A stretch of 64,000 nt of DNA from Craspedostauros australis (Eukaryota). The notes below the pieces were generated by a model. The model was not told the DNA's origin and did no database searches. It saw nothing but the letters and a program-made list of their open reading frames with translations. Every line of letters begins with the position of its first letter. Within the stretch, counting starts at the first letter, position 1. Positions 1 to 13,668 of this stretch are shown here, in pieces. Where the stretch lies: assembly GCA_030167865.1 (NCBI GenBank), contig JALAGF010005545.1, positions 1-64,000 of the forward strand, read 5' to 3'. The translations under genes were made by a program, and so were the position numbers.

Positions 1-520
1 ACGCAACACCACCACAACAAACAATATCAAATTACAACAGGCCCTCATGGTCCACGAGCAGCTCGGAGTCTCCCTCATCCCATCCGTCTAAGCGCTTTCG
101 AGAGAACAGCGGTGCGAGAGCGCCCCCACGAATCTGTTGGAGGTAGTCTTGCACTTCCAACCGACGCGTGCCGAGAGACGGGACTTCAGGAAGCCAACTG
201 GATGAATGGAAGAACGGAGGATCAAAGCAACGGCGGCGGTTGGACACGGTGATGAAACTGGACAACCTGAATATAATACTGCCTAAAACGTCAAGTTTCA
301 CCAAACAAACAAGCATCGTATTCAGCCATACTCGTATCAATCCAAACCCCTTGTGTTGTTTTNNNNNNNNNNNNGTAGAATCCTCTTGTGGTGTCTGTTT
401 GTGCCGCATTGCGCTGCCCTCATGTTGGGCAATCCCTTTGAACTCGACGAGAGTGTGCAAACAGCATGGATTGCGGAGGTCGCAGACAACCACCGTTGTG
501 GGAGAACCATGAACATGGAC

Positions 521-1170
521 ACCCACGAGAGGCGGTGCTTCTCCTCCGCCTTGTTCATGACCTTGTTCACAACCTTGTTTGCAACATCGATGTCATCGTT
601 CTCCNTCATTGAGGCAACTACTCTCTCTCTCTCTCTTCCAGACCAAACCAACGACATGGCAAAGTACTCTCCACACCAAAGAAGCGAACATCGGACATTC
701 GTTGATCTGTTCTTCTTTCTTCTCTGTCTACGGAAGAGACACGAAACCAGTTGGTCACACAATTCTCAAAAAGGAAACAATTCAAGGGCCTACGAAAGTA
801 CCCATGTGTACCAAATGAGANNNNNNNNNNNNNNNNNNNNNNNNNNNNNNNNNNNNNNNNNNNNNNNNNNACCCACGAGAGGCGGTGCTTCTCCTCCGCC
901 TTGTTCATGACCTTGTTCACAACCTTGTTTGCAACATCGATGTCATCGTTCTCCGTCATTGAGGCAACTACTCTCTCTCTCTCTCTTCCAGACCAAACCA
1001 ACGACATGGCAAAGTACTCTCCACACCAAAGAAGCGAACATCGGACATTCGTTGATCTGTTCTTCTTTCTTCTCTGTCTACGGAAGAGACACGAAACCAG
1101 TTGGTCACACAATTCTCAAAAAGGAAACAATTCAAGGGCCTACGAAAGTACCCATGTGTACCAAATGAGA
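521..1170. repeat. Exact 300-bp direct duplication (521-820 and 871-1170) flanking a 50-N scaffold gap; probable assembly artefact
   Basis: Both copies start acccacgagaggcgg and end ccaaatgaga, and the N-run 821-870 lies exactly between them. Confidence 0.85.
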
Positions 1171-2040
1171 AGCACAAAGACCGAATCATGGACGCAACGA
1201 AAATGCCGCATTTTCGATCTGCGCGAACTTTGTCTGTGGCGAAGAGAATGCTTCGCGAAACAGCCACAGCCAACACGGCGATGAACGGCACGCATCTGCT
1301 TTTGCCGGCGTTGGCAACAAAACGGAAGATCGCGTTGGATACGACTACTTGGGTGGCAAGAGACACCTTCTCCTGACCTCTCTTGTGTGTTGTCCTCATT
1401 GCGATTGCTCTTCTGAGACAAAAGCTGGAGTCCATTGCACATCTCTCTCTCTCCCTCTCTCTTCGCAGCATCCTTGACAGCATCAACACGACACGGGTAC
1501 ATTCCCCATCATTCATTAAAAAGACGCACAACGACAACGTCCAATACAACCACAAGCTACAAGCAACTGAACATCATGCTTTCCGGATTTGCACGCACAG
1601 CGGCCAGCGCGGGCCGACGCGGTCTTCGAGTGAGTCCAAGACAACAATGGTGTGACGTTGATGGCAGTGGTGGCAATGGCGACAACGATGGCAACGATGA
1701 CCCGACAATCAACTGCTCCCGCTGCTTGCACTCTCTACCGGCACTTACGAACAGCCATCATCATCCATTGATGTGATCCTTTTAAACCGAAGCAATGCTG
1801 GCGTTGGGTGTTGATGGTGGGGCTGATCAGTCGGCCACGCGTATGGCGTGCGTTGAGACGCAAGTCTCGATTCCGACATCTCTCTCTTGGTGGATTGGCG
1901 ATTGGTGGCATCGATTACTGGGCGAACCGCAAATGGGAACCTGTGCCATCGTCATGCGCAAAAGCGTTTTGAAGCATATGATTAACTCATCCTTCTTCTC
2001 TCTCTCTCTCTGGTACAATGCGACGAATCTATCAATCCGT

Positions 2041-2078
2041 TGGTTGGTTGGTTGGTTGGTTGGTTGGTTGGTTGGTTG
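2041..2078. repeat. (TGGT)n microsatellite
   Basis: About 9 tandem TGGT units read directly. Confidence 0.95.
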
Positions 2079-2547
2079 TCAACACCACCCACGCTTTCAT
2101 CATCACTATTGCCATCATGAACATCATCTCCGTCATCATCATCATGACTCCAACACCTTTGTCACGATGGAACAAACCCAAAATTGAACACAATGAAATC
2201 AATTGTAACAACCAACCGAACATTCTCCGATCAATTGATTCACCGCCACCACGTTATTATCATCGACCGACACTGGTGTGGGAAACGCGACCCTTTGATT
2301 GATGGCTGTATGCGATGCTTTCATCCTTCGGTCCACTGCCTAAAAACACATCAACGATGACAACTCGGTGTGGCATCATGCCATCATGATCATCGCCACT
2401 GCCATTGCCAACACCAAACATCAATACCATTTCAAATCTTGCTCTGCTTGGTTCTGTGAAATACCTTACAATGGAACGAAATGACATTGACGCTGGCATT
2501 GACATGGGCTCCGATGCTCTGCTACTCGTATATTTGCACACGGGCAG

Positions 2548-3576
2548 ATGCAAGCTGCACGAAACATGGCCACCATTGACATGACGGTGCGCGAGGCCAT
2601 CTGCGAAGGAATTGACGAAGAGATGGAGCGCGACGAGGGCGTGTTCATCATGGGTGAAGAGGTGGCGCAGTACCAGGGTGCCTACAAGGTCACCAAGGGA
2701 CTGTACCAGAAGTACGGAGACAAGAGAGTCATCGATACTCCAATCACGGAGGCAGGATTCACAGGACTTGCCGTGGGCGCCTCCTTCCATGATCTCAAGC
2801 CCATTGTGGAATTCATGACATGGAACTTCTCCATGCAGGCCATCGACCAGATCATCAACTCTGCAGCTAAGCAGTTCTACATGTCCGGAGGTACCCTGCC
2901 ATGCCCCGTCGTCTTCCGTGGACCAAATGGCTACTCCGCGGGAACGGCCGCCCAGCACTCGCAGTGCTTCGGCGCCTGGTACTCCTCCGTCCCAGGCCTC
3001 AAGGTCGTTGCGCCATACTCATCGGAAGACTCCAAGGGGCTCATCAAGGCCGCCATTCGCGATCCGAACCCCGTGGTCGTCCTCGAGCACGAGCTGATGT
3101 ACGGCGTCAGCTTCCCCATGTCCGACGCAGCCCAAAGCAAGGACTTCGTCGTCCCCATCGGCGAGGCCAAGATCGAGCGCGAGGGAACCGACGTGACCAT
3201 CATCACCTTCTCCAAGCCGGTCGGCCTTGCCTTGGAGGTTGCCGACATCATGGCAGCACGCGGCGTTTCATGCGAAGTCATCAACCTGCTCACTCTGAGA
3301 CCAATCGACCGCGACACTATCTTGAACTCCGTCAAGAAGACTGGCAGAGTGGTGGCCCTGGAACAGGGATGGCCACAGTGCGGCGTCTCCTCCGAAATCG
3401 CTGCCATGATCATGGAGACAGATGCCTTCAACTACCTCGACGCCCCAATGGAGCGCGTCACCGGTGCCGATGTGCCAATGCCGTACGCCGCTGAACTTGA
3501 GGAGGCTGCATTGCCACAGACCAATGACCTCATCGCCGCCATCGAGAGAACAACCTTCCGCAACTTGGCCGCTTGA
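2548..3576 (+). CDS. PDHB: Mitochondrial pyruvate dehydrogenase E1 beta subunit (an upstream transit-peptide exon is probable but was not located)
   Basis: Motifs [66 protein letters not shown] and [12 protein letters not shown]. The ATG at 2548 is directly preceded by CAG (possible acceptor). Confidence 0.95.
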   Translation: MQAARNMATIDMTVREAICEGIDEEMERDEGVFIMGEEVAQYQGAYKVTKGLYQKYGDKRVIDTPITEAGFTGLAVGASFHDLKPIVEFMTWNFSMQAIDQIINSAAKQFYMSGGTLPCPVVFRGPNGYSAGTAAQHSQCFGAWYSSVPGLKVVAPYSSEDSKGLIKAAIRDPNPVVVLEHELMYGVSFPMSDAAQSKDFVVPIGEAKIEREGTDVTIITFSKPVGLALEVADIMAARGVSCEVINLLTLRPIDRDTILNSVKKTGRVVALEQGWPQCGVSSEIAAMIMETDAFNYLDAPMERVTGADVPMPYAAELEEAALPQTNDLIAAIERTTFRNLAA

Positions 3577-3963
3577 AGTACAGTGAAGCGCGGTGGAGTG
3601 GAGCGGAGTGGAGTGCAGCAGGTCGAGTGCTCTGGTCATACTTTAACTCGCAGGGTACCAACATGATTCAAGTACCGTGCTCCAATACTCTAGAATGTGA
3701 ATGATCGGCTTGAGGGACTCACTGAGGATGGTGTCCATGAGGAAGAGGAAGCAATTAGGGCGTGGTGCACCGCATGTGTTGCTATCGTAGTTCATTCGTT
3801 GCTTGCCGCTCTCTTCAGAGATGTTGGACATCTTTCTGGTTTGGCTTGTTCGCGTGCTCTCGAGACGGATTAGAACAGCAGGGATTGGACGAATAGGACG
3901 CAAGGCCCTTGCAACGTTAACGATGATGAGGTTGTCTGTGTTCAGTTTGGAACGCAGCCACAC

Positions 3964-3986
3964 TGTGTGTGTGTGTGTGTGTGTGT
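3964..3986. repeat. (TG)n microsatellite
   Basis: Read directly. Confidence 0.9.
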
Positions 3987-4735
3987 TGCTATCTGATTCC
4001 TCGTCATTGTTGGGCATCAATGGTGTAATCCGGGCTGGAAAATACTCGCACATGTCTGCTCGCGTTGAATAGCCAAGATAACTAACTATCTTCGAAGTTG
4101 TGCCGATGATTTGTAGAGGTCGCATCAGTCAATAGACGATTAATACGACTAACACGAAAGCGTTGTGAGTATCATATAGCTACCTTCGTGCATGAATACT
4201 TTTAAATGCTGGAACAGTAACGGTCGGGCTGGAAAATCAGCCCACAAAATGAAGCCACAAAACCAAACGAACACATTTTGCAGGGACTGCTGGTGCCGTT
4301 GTCGGAGACAACCAACAACAACTGCCAACCATCACCGTCATCGCAAGAAAAGCAAGAACAAGGTTGTGGGTGGCAACCACAGAACAACCGACACATTCCT
4401 CCACAGTTGTCTCCATCTCAACTCACCGCGACACAGTTGATGCCCACTGCTACAAATAGCACAATTGACAAGGCACACACCGTTCAGCAACAAGCATCCG
4501 CACAACCGCATCGTCTCAACTCCGAGCAACAACAACAACAACAAACCCATCAATCATCCTATCCATCGAGAACTCAAAACCAACACCATCACAACATCAA
4601 CGATATCAAGAAAGAAATCGAAGTGAACGCAAGGGGTTACCAAACGGCATCGACTGAAACAGGAAGAGCGCACAGAACGGAACTGCAGAGCAACTAGAAT
4701 TGTCGACCGGCGGCGGCGCAAGCAGACTGGAGATC

Positions 4736-7615
4736 ATGATGTCGCTGGTGCGCATCGTCGAAGATGGGGCTAACGCTGTGGACAGCAAGAAAGCCGCGAC
4801 GCTTGACACCATGGACAAGTTGGGTCAGGCCAGCATCGGGAGGATGAGGCAGCATATTGAGGTGCGTGCAATGAAGCAGGATGAGCCATTGGAACATTGA
4901 TAAAACACAGAGAGAAGCCAAATAAACGGGGATGGCACGCAATTGCGGACATGATGCTGTCCCTGTTTGTTCAGCACACGCATGGCATCATGGCAGACAT
5001 TCAGAGAAGAGAGCATGTTCATGTGGAACTGCAACCATTAGATGGTGATCCACCCGATGCCGACTTGCATTTTGTTGGTGCTGCTATCGCTGCTCATTGT
5101 AACAAGCAACCTCGGACGCCACCAATTGAAATGCTCACACAACCATACACGCCTCTCGCTCACCTTGGCAACAACTTGTCGACCCCCTCCCCCCCTGCAC
5201 AATCCAAACGAACAATCATGCTGTACCTTGCAGAATGCCAAGAGAAAGATTCTCCAGTCTGCGCCGCACCACCACGATTCCACATCGATGAACAAGAGAC
5301 TGAAGGAATCGGCGCCAATGAAGATGACCAGCGTGATCGAGAATGTGAACAAGGAGAATGCATCCACCGCTCTAAATCAGAAGAAGACCATGTCTCACAA
5401 TGGCATGAACGGAGGGGCAGGACCAGTGAAGCCCAAGATGGCGCCGAAACCGGCACAGACTGTCAACAGAACAGCACTGGAATTCAAGGTCAATGCCATG
5501 AGAGTGGTGGATCTGCGAAAGGAACTCAAGGAGCGTGATTTGCCAAGTGCGGGGCGAAAGAAAGAGCTGATCGAACGTCTCCTTGATGCCATGCTCAACA
5601 CTCCCGAAGACGGCAATGACAGCGGCAACGACGGTGCCGACGACGAGGATGCCGACGACGAACCGGGTATTATCGAAATCGATGTCAACGGGAGCACCGT
5701 TCACAACAACGCGAACAGTTCGGGCAACGCGCATGGTGCGCCGGAGCCAACGCTATCCAGGACCACTGCGGCGCCGCATGCGCGCGCGCATCCGCATCAA
5801 GAGGAGCATCTCCAACCTGATTGTGTCGACTTGACATCATCATCTGATGAACCTATCGGTGAATCTGAAGAACGCAACAATGGCAACCATGACAACCCTG
5901 CTGCTGACGGGTCCAATGCCAACGACACCAAGCATAGGGCGATGAACATGACGCCCGGCGGGATGAAGCACGCACATGGATACCCACCAAGCACGCCATC
6001 CAACCCAGCATCTGGATACGAGACTTCGTCGGATGTGGGATCCAATGTCGGGTCGAACGTCAGTTCCACCATCTTGCCCAGCATGAGAGTGTCTGGAAAC
6101 AAGGTGCGAGAGATGGTGTCGAAGCTCACCGGCTCTTCGAGCACCACCTCCCAGGCCAGCAGCGGTGCGAACATGAACGGCGGTATCAGCGCTGGCGCAG
6201 GAAGTTCATCCGCCCTGTCGGAATCTGTGAAAAAGAAGCAAATGGCTCGCACGCAGCGGATGTTGGAGCTCCGGGGAAATGTGAGTGGAAACACAGCTGT
6301 CCCTGAAACGGAATTGCGCCTCGTGTTGTGATGTCTGAGTGGGTGTCTGACCGGCGGGAGGAATGAATCAAGATTCGATGTCGCCACCCAAACCAACGTG
6401 ACATGATCCACGTCCGCTGGAATCATGTACTTGCTGCCCGTGTCGACTCAAGATGCACAACCCAGCTCACCACTAGCCTCGTCGCACTTGCTTACCCCTG
6501 CTTCGCTTCACTATGAATGAAACGCACATCCTCGTTTGTTCGTTTCCTCGTTGTCTCTCTTTCACGGCCTCCGCAACTCCAGAGCAAACCACTGGCAAGC
6601 TCGAAGCCAATCACGGCGCCGAAGGAGTACACATCCACACTCTCATCACTGAAGACTACATCGTCCACCGTCTCCAACATGAAGAAGAAGAACCTGGCGG
6701 CGCAAATGCGAGAGAAGGCGGCTTCCAACAGATGCGTCATCGCAGGAAGCAGCAGCAACAACAACGCCGGAACCGGCATGAGCGTGAAGAGCGTGCTTGG
6801 ATCGGCATCCAAGATCTCCTCCAACATCTTGAAGAACGGGTTCAAGAACAACCAGAATCATCACTCGCACGGAGCGAGGGCAGGATCGTCCGCCAGACCA
6901 ACAGATGGGACAGAATCTCACATGCAGCCAAGCGTGCCGGCTCAATCGCAGCCCAAACCGCAGGCGCAACCACTTCCACCGAAGGAGACATACGAGATGT
7001 CCGATCGCGAAGACAGTGACACCGACGACGACAGCGACAGCGAGGCCGAGAATGAGAAACGCAAGAAGAAGGTACGTGTCGTGGTCTCTTTGGTGCCTGT
7101 GCTTTTTTGTTGAATGTCGGGCTTGCATGCACTTCCGCATCCTATTGTATCGTGTTGTATCATATCATGTCGTGTTCTATGTTGTTGGATAACTGGACCG
7201 CCAACATCTCGTTGCTTCGCAATGCACAAGACTGTCTTCTCACACAAATATTGTTTTGTACGACGGTAATTTGATTGATTGATTGATTGATTGATTGGCG
7301 TATCACGTCTGCATGGCACTTTGATACCGTACTTGACATTGCGCTGTCAATGCGCAACAGATCCCAACGTGGGCATCCAGGAGCAACCTGCAAGCTGCTC
7401 TCATTCGACAGTTCGGAGATGACATGGTGGATCCGGATAAGATATTCCACCCGGTGCAATCCTGCGACCTCGAGGCCATCTTCTCGAACGCCAAGAAGAA
7501 GTCAAAGTACAGCCGAAGGAACAGTTCCGGCAACTGGGCCAACGACTGTGTCACGCAGCTGGAGTTGGACGCCTACCGTCGCACCATGGGGTTCGCAGAT
7601 GGCCAGCATGCTTGA
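4736..7615 (+). CDS. INCENP-like chromosomal passenger protein with a SAP domain and C-terminal IN-box (Aurora-binding); about 638 aa, 4 exons
   Basis: Exons 4736-4861, 5234-6280, 6583-7071 and 7361-7615, all GT..AG and phase 0. SAP: MRVVDLRKELKERDLPSAGRKKELIERLL. The acidic TYEMSDREDSDTDDDSD stretch is followed by KKKIPTWA..VDPDKIF..CDLEAIF..RRNSSGNW, an IN-box consensus. Confidence 0.82.
7271..7297. repeat. (TTGA)n microsatellite in an INCENP intron
   Basis: Read directly. Confidence 0.9.
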
Positions 7616-8524
7616 ATGCGCAAGATGACACTTGCACGAAGCGATAATGAATGCCGCCATGCGTGATGCCAACACGAAGAAGCCAAAGCGGAGGCTGTTG
7701 GCTTTCAAGACCGATAACAGTCCTCTTTCGTTGCCCGTCTCCAAATGTGCTGCTGAGGGAACGGCACACCCCTCCGCCCTCGCCGTCGCCTTTGCCCGCA
7801 CGATTGTCCAGTACCACCCACTGACGACAAATTGGTCGTGTGTCTCCGCCACGACTTCATGAAGACTGAGTGAAGGATGATCCGGCAAGATCTAAACTCC
7901 CGACCTCGACAGAAATGCGCACGCACCAGAGTAGTTCACATGAATTAAACAACCTAACCAATGCACAACCGAAGTAAATGAATGCGTTTCAGATGTCCTC
8001 CTATGCATTAGACGAGGAGCACAAGCGAGCGTGGCGTTTCTTTTGTGGAGAATTATTATGCATGATAATTGGATGTAGAATACATAATATAATATTCTAG
8101 GAGCTAAGAGCATGGTGATGGTTTGCAGTGTGCAACAGGACTTTGTGATTGAAATGAACTCTCTCCACACGTGTTCTCGTCGTTGTTTTGGTTGTCTTTT
8201 TGATCGCCCCACGAGTTACTTTGTGCGATCTGCTTGAATTTGTGTGGAACAGTTGAAGCTGCTTGAGTCGTGAACGAGTCGCGGACGTCATTCTTGGCCA
8301 ACGTTTTGGCGATTGGGTGCGATTTACTCGCTATGCCATCTCGCTTCTCGCTTCTCCTGGCGTTCCTCGCTGCGACCACAATCGCAATCATCGATTCCAT
8401 TCCCAAAGCAACGAAGACAGCAGCAGACGCATCAACCCATCTCTTGACCGTCCTCCATCAACTTTCCATCAACTCTCAGGCACCTCAAGCAAAGAAGAAT
8501 CGATATATCCGCAGCAATAGTAAC

Positions 8525-10967
8525 ATGGTTTCCCACGACATGGCCGAGGACGACCTCATCACGCGGTTGCGCCTCCGCGTCCATGCATCGAACCTCCCGA
8601 GATACGGCTTCATGAAGACGTTGCCGGATACGTACGCGAAGATCACGTCTGTGTCACCAGCTTCGGGTGCCCCCAGCGGGCCAGAAGACTCCGTGACGGA
8701 TACTGTGGACGACAGAGGCACAAGGACGATTGAATGGGGCACTACTGAGGTGTGAGTATGTTCATACGCGTGCAGATCGTGGGGTGTGGCAAAGTGCAGA
8801 ACAGAGCAGTGCGTTGAACTCCACTATGTTCTCATGTGCGATCTCATGCTCCACTTTCCCAGAGCTTGTCTTCCATCTATTGACGATTCGTTCACTCATT
8901 CAATCAATCTCCTCACTCTCTTTCTTATTCTCTTTTGGCATGCACGGATACGAGTACATATGAATGCTCTTCTTGCGTCACTTATCGCACCATGCTCAAC
9001 GCCACACGATGCAACGCGACGCGACGTAATGCAATACAACTATCAAACTACCACACAAACAGAATCCGCAAATCCAACAACCCACAGTTCACGACGACAT
9101 TCCCGCTGAGGTACGAGTACGGAGCCGAGTGCTACTTCTACGTGGAGCTGTACAGGAAGAATGGACGGCGCTCAGATCCAACCCTTCTCGGTTCGGCACT
9201 GTGTGAGGTCGGTGACATATTGGGAACGAGGAACCGCACCAAGTTCAAGCGCTTGCGCAAAGGCGGCTGCGTGTTTTGCAAGCTCGAACCGGTGCATGAA
9301 AGCATGGAGCACTCGGTAGTTCGATTCCAATTCTCGGCCACCCAATTGCACGTGCGACGGCAGAGTTTTGCCATGCCCAACTCGAACAGGTTCCACGGGG
9401 AGCCAGACACCATCATCGAAATAGCCAAGCATCATGACAGGGCCAACAAGCAATCCTGGACGACAGTGTACCGATCTCAGCCCATCGAGAACTCGGTCAA
9501 CCCGACGTGGGACGTCGCGGAGATCAACTACGCCGCGCTGTGCGACGGCAATCCCAGCGAGTCGATCCGGATCATCGTCAAGGCCCACCGGAAATCGGCG
9601 GCGAATGTTGAGATCGGTTTCTGTGAGACCAACCTCAACATCCTCTTGCAGACGCAGAACGATCTTGGCAGCGATGATCCATGCTACGATCTGATGAAGA
9701 ATGGGTTCATCATCCAGAAGAGCATCGACGATATCAAGGAGGTGGGAAGGCTCTTCATCAACCTCATCCAGGTGTACGATGGTTCGTGCCATTCATTGGA
9801 GCGTTCTGATGACATATCGTCTCTCTCAAGCGACGGTGACTTCACCATCCCCATGGAATCGGAGAGATCACACGTTCTCGATGTTTCCGCTATTCCCATG
9901 CCCATCGCAGCCCCCGCCACCTTTCAGGAGTACATGGAGGGCGGTTGCGAGCTGAGATTCTGCCTCGCCATCGACTTCACGAGCTCCAACGGCGACCCGC
10001 GCATCCCAGGCACGCTCCATCACCAGGACCCGAACCAGTTCAATGACTACGAGGAGACGATCTCTTCCATCGGCGCATCCATCGAGCACTACAGTGACGA
10101 ATGCACCGTGCTTGGATTCGGTGCCAAATTCAATGGCGTCACACAGCACGTCTTCCAATGCGGAAGCCAATCCAGCGTGCAAAGCGTGGAGGGCTTGATG
10201 GATGCTTACAAGAGCATGTTCCAGGCCGATCTCATCATGTCCGGACCGACTGTGTTCGATCCCGTGCTTCAGTTTGCTGCAGCACGTGCCAAGAAGTTTC
10301 AGGTGAGTTCATTTGCCATATCACAGCCACGCATCACAGCCACGTTGAGTGGAGTACTTGCACAGTGGAGCACTTGCACTGTTGTTTGCACTTGAGGGGG
10401 GTGTCAATGCCTGCAGAGCTTTTGGGGAGAGAATGCCGATGCGGATGTGAATGAAATGAAGGATTCATTCATTCATTGATTCATTCGTTCATGTATTTGT
10501 CACTCGCCATCGATGCACACTTGATCTCTCTCGCCGCTCTTCTTCTCACACTTGGACGCAACCTATCTTTCTCCACATCCTCCACTCAATCGTATCTGTA
10601 CATTAATTGATGCTTGACTCCAATTCCTAACCAGTCGGAGGTCCACAACAAGAACCGCTACACGGTGTTACTGATTATCACGGATGGGATTGCGGACAAC
10701 CTCGAAGAGACACGACGCAAGCTGGCAGTGTACAGCACCGTCCCATTGTCCGTGATTTTCGTCGGCGTTGGCAGGTCCGATTTCACCGCTTTGACTTCTT
10801 TGTGCTGGCCCACAAGTCCAGGGCAGCGGCAGAACACCACCTTCTGCGAATTCCGCAAGCATCAGCACAACCCGATTTCTTTGGGCCGTGCAGCATTGAA
10901 GGGGTTGCCGGCACAGCTCGTGGAGTACATGGACAGCAACAGCATCCGGCCGTCGTCGAATCTGTAA
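8525..10967 (+). CDS. Copine (two C2 domains + vWA domain); about 599 aa, 3 exons
   Basis: Exons 8525-8751, 9063-10302 and 10635-10967. Spliced EWGTTEVIRKSNNPQF (C2A); VYRSQPIENSVNPTW (C2B); AIDFTSSNGDP, GFGAK, SGPTVF, YTVLLIITDG and PLSVIFVGVG (copine vWA). Confidence 0.92.
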
Positions 10968-11469
10968 CCATCGCAAAGCACGTCATCTGTCATGTCGTCG
11001 TTAAACGTAGACTCTTTGTTCCGTCCCATTCGCAGTGTAAACGCAGCTACGAGTTGTATCCAACAAATCAATGCCCAGGTGCTGTGTGGTCTACTCGTAC
11101 TTGTGCCATGCTTGCAGTCCACCTTAATGTCGTTGATATTGGAATGCACCATTGTAGAATACCATCTCTGTCTCTCCGTCTATCTCTCCTGTGTCGAACT
11201 CAACATGAATTCTTTCAGAGGTTGGATTTGTTCAGTTGCGCTGGGCGTGTGTGGCGGGTGCGTGCTTGTTGAGTGTAATGTCGTGTGCCAGCAGTCCAAA
11301 CATTGTACCATACTCGTATGGTATGCAGTTCGAGCATGTGGTCGTCCACAACGTGGCATCCTTGCGTGCACGGATTCGCATGCTCGATCCTGCTGTCGAT
11401 CAGCGGATGCTGGATAGGCGGTTGCACTTGTACGATCGACGGCAGATCAATCAATTTCTCGTTGTCATC

Positions 11470-12857
11470 TTATCGATGAACACCATCTCGTCCACCTCGG
11501 ATGAGGTACAGGGTTGTTTCATACGCACTGAATCTCGTCCCGCTGACCAAGAACGCGCGTGCGATCGAGGCACTGGCTCCCGAGTACAATCCCCTGACCC
11601 CTCTCTCCCGAAGCAGCGTGCGCACCACCTCCACGTATCCTCTCTTGGGTTGGTCCACCGGTCTGCCCTGCACCACAGCTCTCACACAATCCAACGGGAA
11701 ACTCAGAAACCACGAGAACGCACCGGACAATCCACCGGCAATTGGCACCGCTACCTTGATGCTGGAGGACTGGAATCCCAAGGCGTTGTTCTCGCTCAGC
11801 GTCCGTCGCATGCCTTCGTAGACGAAGAAGTAATTGCCCAAGAACGTTGCTTCTCGTACCGTATTGATCACGAAGCCCGTATACAGAATGCCAGGACCGT
11901 TTGATTTGACCAACGATTGCACGCAATGGAAGGACCCTTGAAATTGCTTCTTTGTGATGTTGTCCAGCTGCATCTGTGTCTGCACATTTGCGACGCCAAC
12001 GTCAACGTTATACATCGTCCATGTCGGTGTCGATGCCCATGCCAATGTGCATGTCGATGGAGTTGATGTCATCGTCGCCATCGACGAGTTCCATGAATGT
12101 GGCGAACAGTGTGTAACGAGATGCATTACAATGAGACGGATTCATAGGAAGGTCGCGAACGCACAAGGAATCTCCAGAGAACAGCATGCGCAGACGCTTT
12201 GGTGGGGATCGTACCTTCACGAAATTCTCCACGGTTGACACAATACCAGCCGCCGGTGCGCACGCCATCCCAGCCAATCCGTTCTTGATATCCCAACCAT
12301 GCTGCGCGCCGATGTTTTGCCGAACGAATGTGTACGAAGCGAATGTCATCGTGCTGAGGATGGACAGGGATACCAACGGAGGGCCGATACCCTTGTACAA
12401 GCTCGATGCCCCTTCCTTCTTGATGATGTCATTTCCAACCTGAAAGATGGAGACACTCGCCGCGCCCGTATTCGATGCAGTTTGTAGCCTCGTTTTGATG
12501 ACGTCTGTCCATCGAGTGGTACGAGGTGTCACATTTCACATGTCACATTGATGGTCATATCATCGTATACGCATGTGTGCATGAGTCGCGTAAGTTGATC
12601 AGTGCACCCCGTGGTACGTGTGGTGCAATGGGATGAGTCAGTTAGCGGTTCAAGTGAAGGTGAGCCAAGCCAACCAACAAACGAATGAATGAAGAAAACA
12701 AAGGAAGACATCATCGATCATCCCCACAACGAAACCTCATTGCAAGCCAGCTGCGATCCAACTCACCCAGCGGGAAGCCAATGACGGTCCCAATGACTCC
12801 AGCCGACAACCCCCCGAGTGCCTCTTCACCCAAATGCAGCTCCTTCCACGTTTTCAT
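11470..12857 (-). CDS. Mitochondrial carrier (SLC25; ornithine/carnitine-carrier-like); about 296 aa, 3 exons
   Basis: Exons 12857-12767, 12504-12215 and 11979-11470. Signature repeats FPLDVIKTRLQ, STVENFVKTQMQ and FPLDCVRAVVQ; LYKG/LYTG/LYSG motifs. Confidence 0.9.
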
Positions 12858-13668
12858 TTTGGCTATCGGTGTTGTTGCTCTGATCTGATCTGTTACACTC
12901 TGCTCTACTGTTGCATCCAGTTCTATCAGGCAACCCTTGCTCCGTCCTTTCGTGAACGCTCGAATGTCTGCTTGTCGATGCTTCCTCTTGTTGAAATGAG
13001 ATCTCGCACCATCTCCCCGTTTGCCGATGCTGCCAACATCAAAGAGAGCCAGGCCCGAACAACGTCCATCGACACCCAAAGATTCCTTCCGCTTTCCTCA
13101 TCATTTCTCGTATTGTGACGTCATGCGTGGAATTTGTCGAAAGAAGCCTTGATGTGTCGATCGAGTCGTTGATTCTCACGCGATTCAAGCAATCGTGACA
13201 GCCACACATGATTCATGCGACTAAACCAGCCTAGTTGTGTTCCCATCGTCTGTCCTTCGACAAACTGACGTTTGCCAACATCGCAACGACGCACACAAAC
13301 GTGGACATGCATGATGATCATGACACATCATCCTCATCCTTTGTGTTGTCTGTCGCAGAGTCGTTGGTTGTGGATGGTGCAGGCGCCAACATTCGCAGTG
13401 TTGCCCACTGCCAATACCATTGCTCGTACGTATAGTAGCAAGACTACACCAGCACAGAACATCATCAAGATCCAAAGCGAGCCTCCTGTTGCTGTTTACG
13501 ACCAGGCTTTCACACAACAACCCTCGAGAAGCCAAACTGCGGCTGCAATTGATTCCTCCGTGAAACGTTCTATCTCGTTGTCCAGGAAGAAATTCTTCGG
13601 ATTTCCGTCGCTCTGCTCTATCACAACACAACACAGCATAACATCACATCACATCATCTCTCTCTAGA

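Noticed and set aside
32..1780. ORFs and the 300-bp duplication at the window start as a gene or mobile repeat
   Set aside because: The duplication brackets a 50-N gap exactly, which points to a scaffolding overlap. The ORFs cross Ns and CT microsatellites and have no recognisable motifs.
7632..7862. 76-aa ORF just after the INCENP stop
   Set aside because: No motifs, and it is not in frame with INCENP for readthrough; likely 3' UTR.
10392..10405. TTGAGGGGGGTGT, resembling a Copia PPT + LTR start, in copine intron 2
   Set aside because: No LTR partner, TSD or pol remnant is nearby; likely chance.
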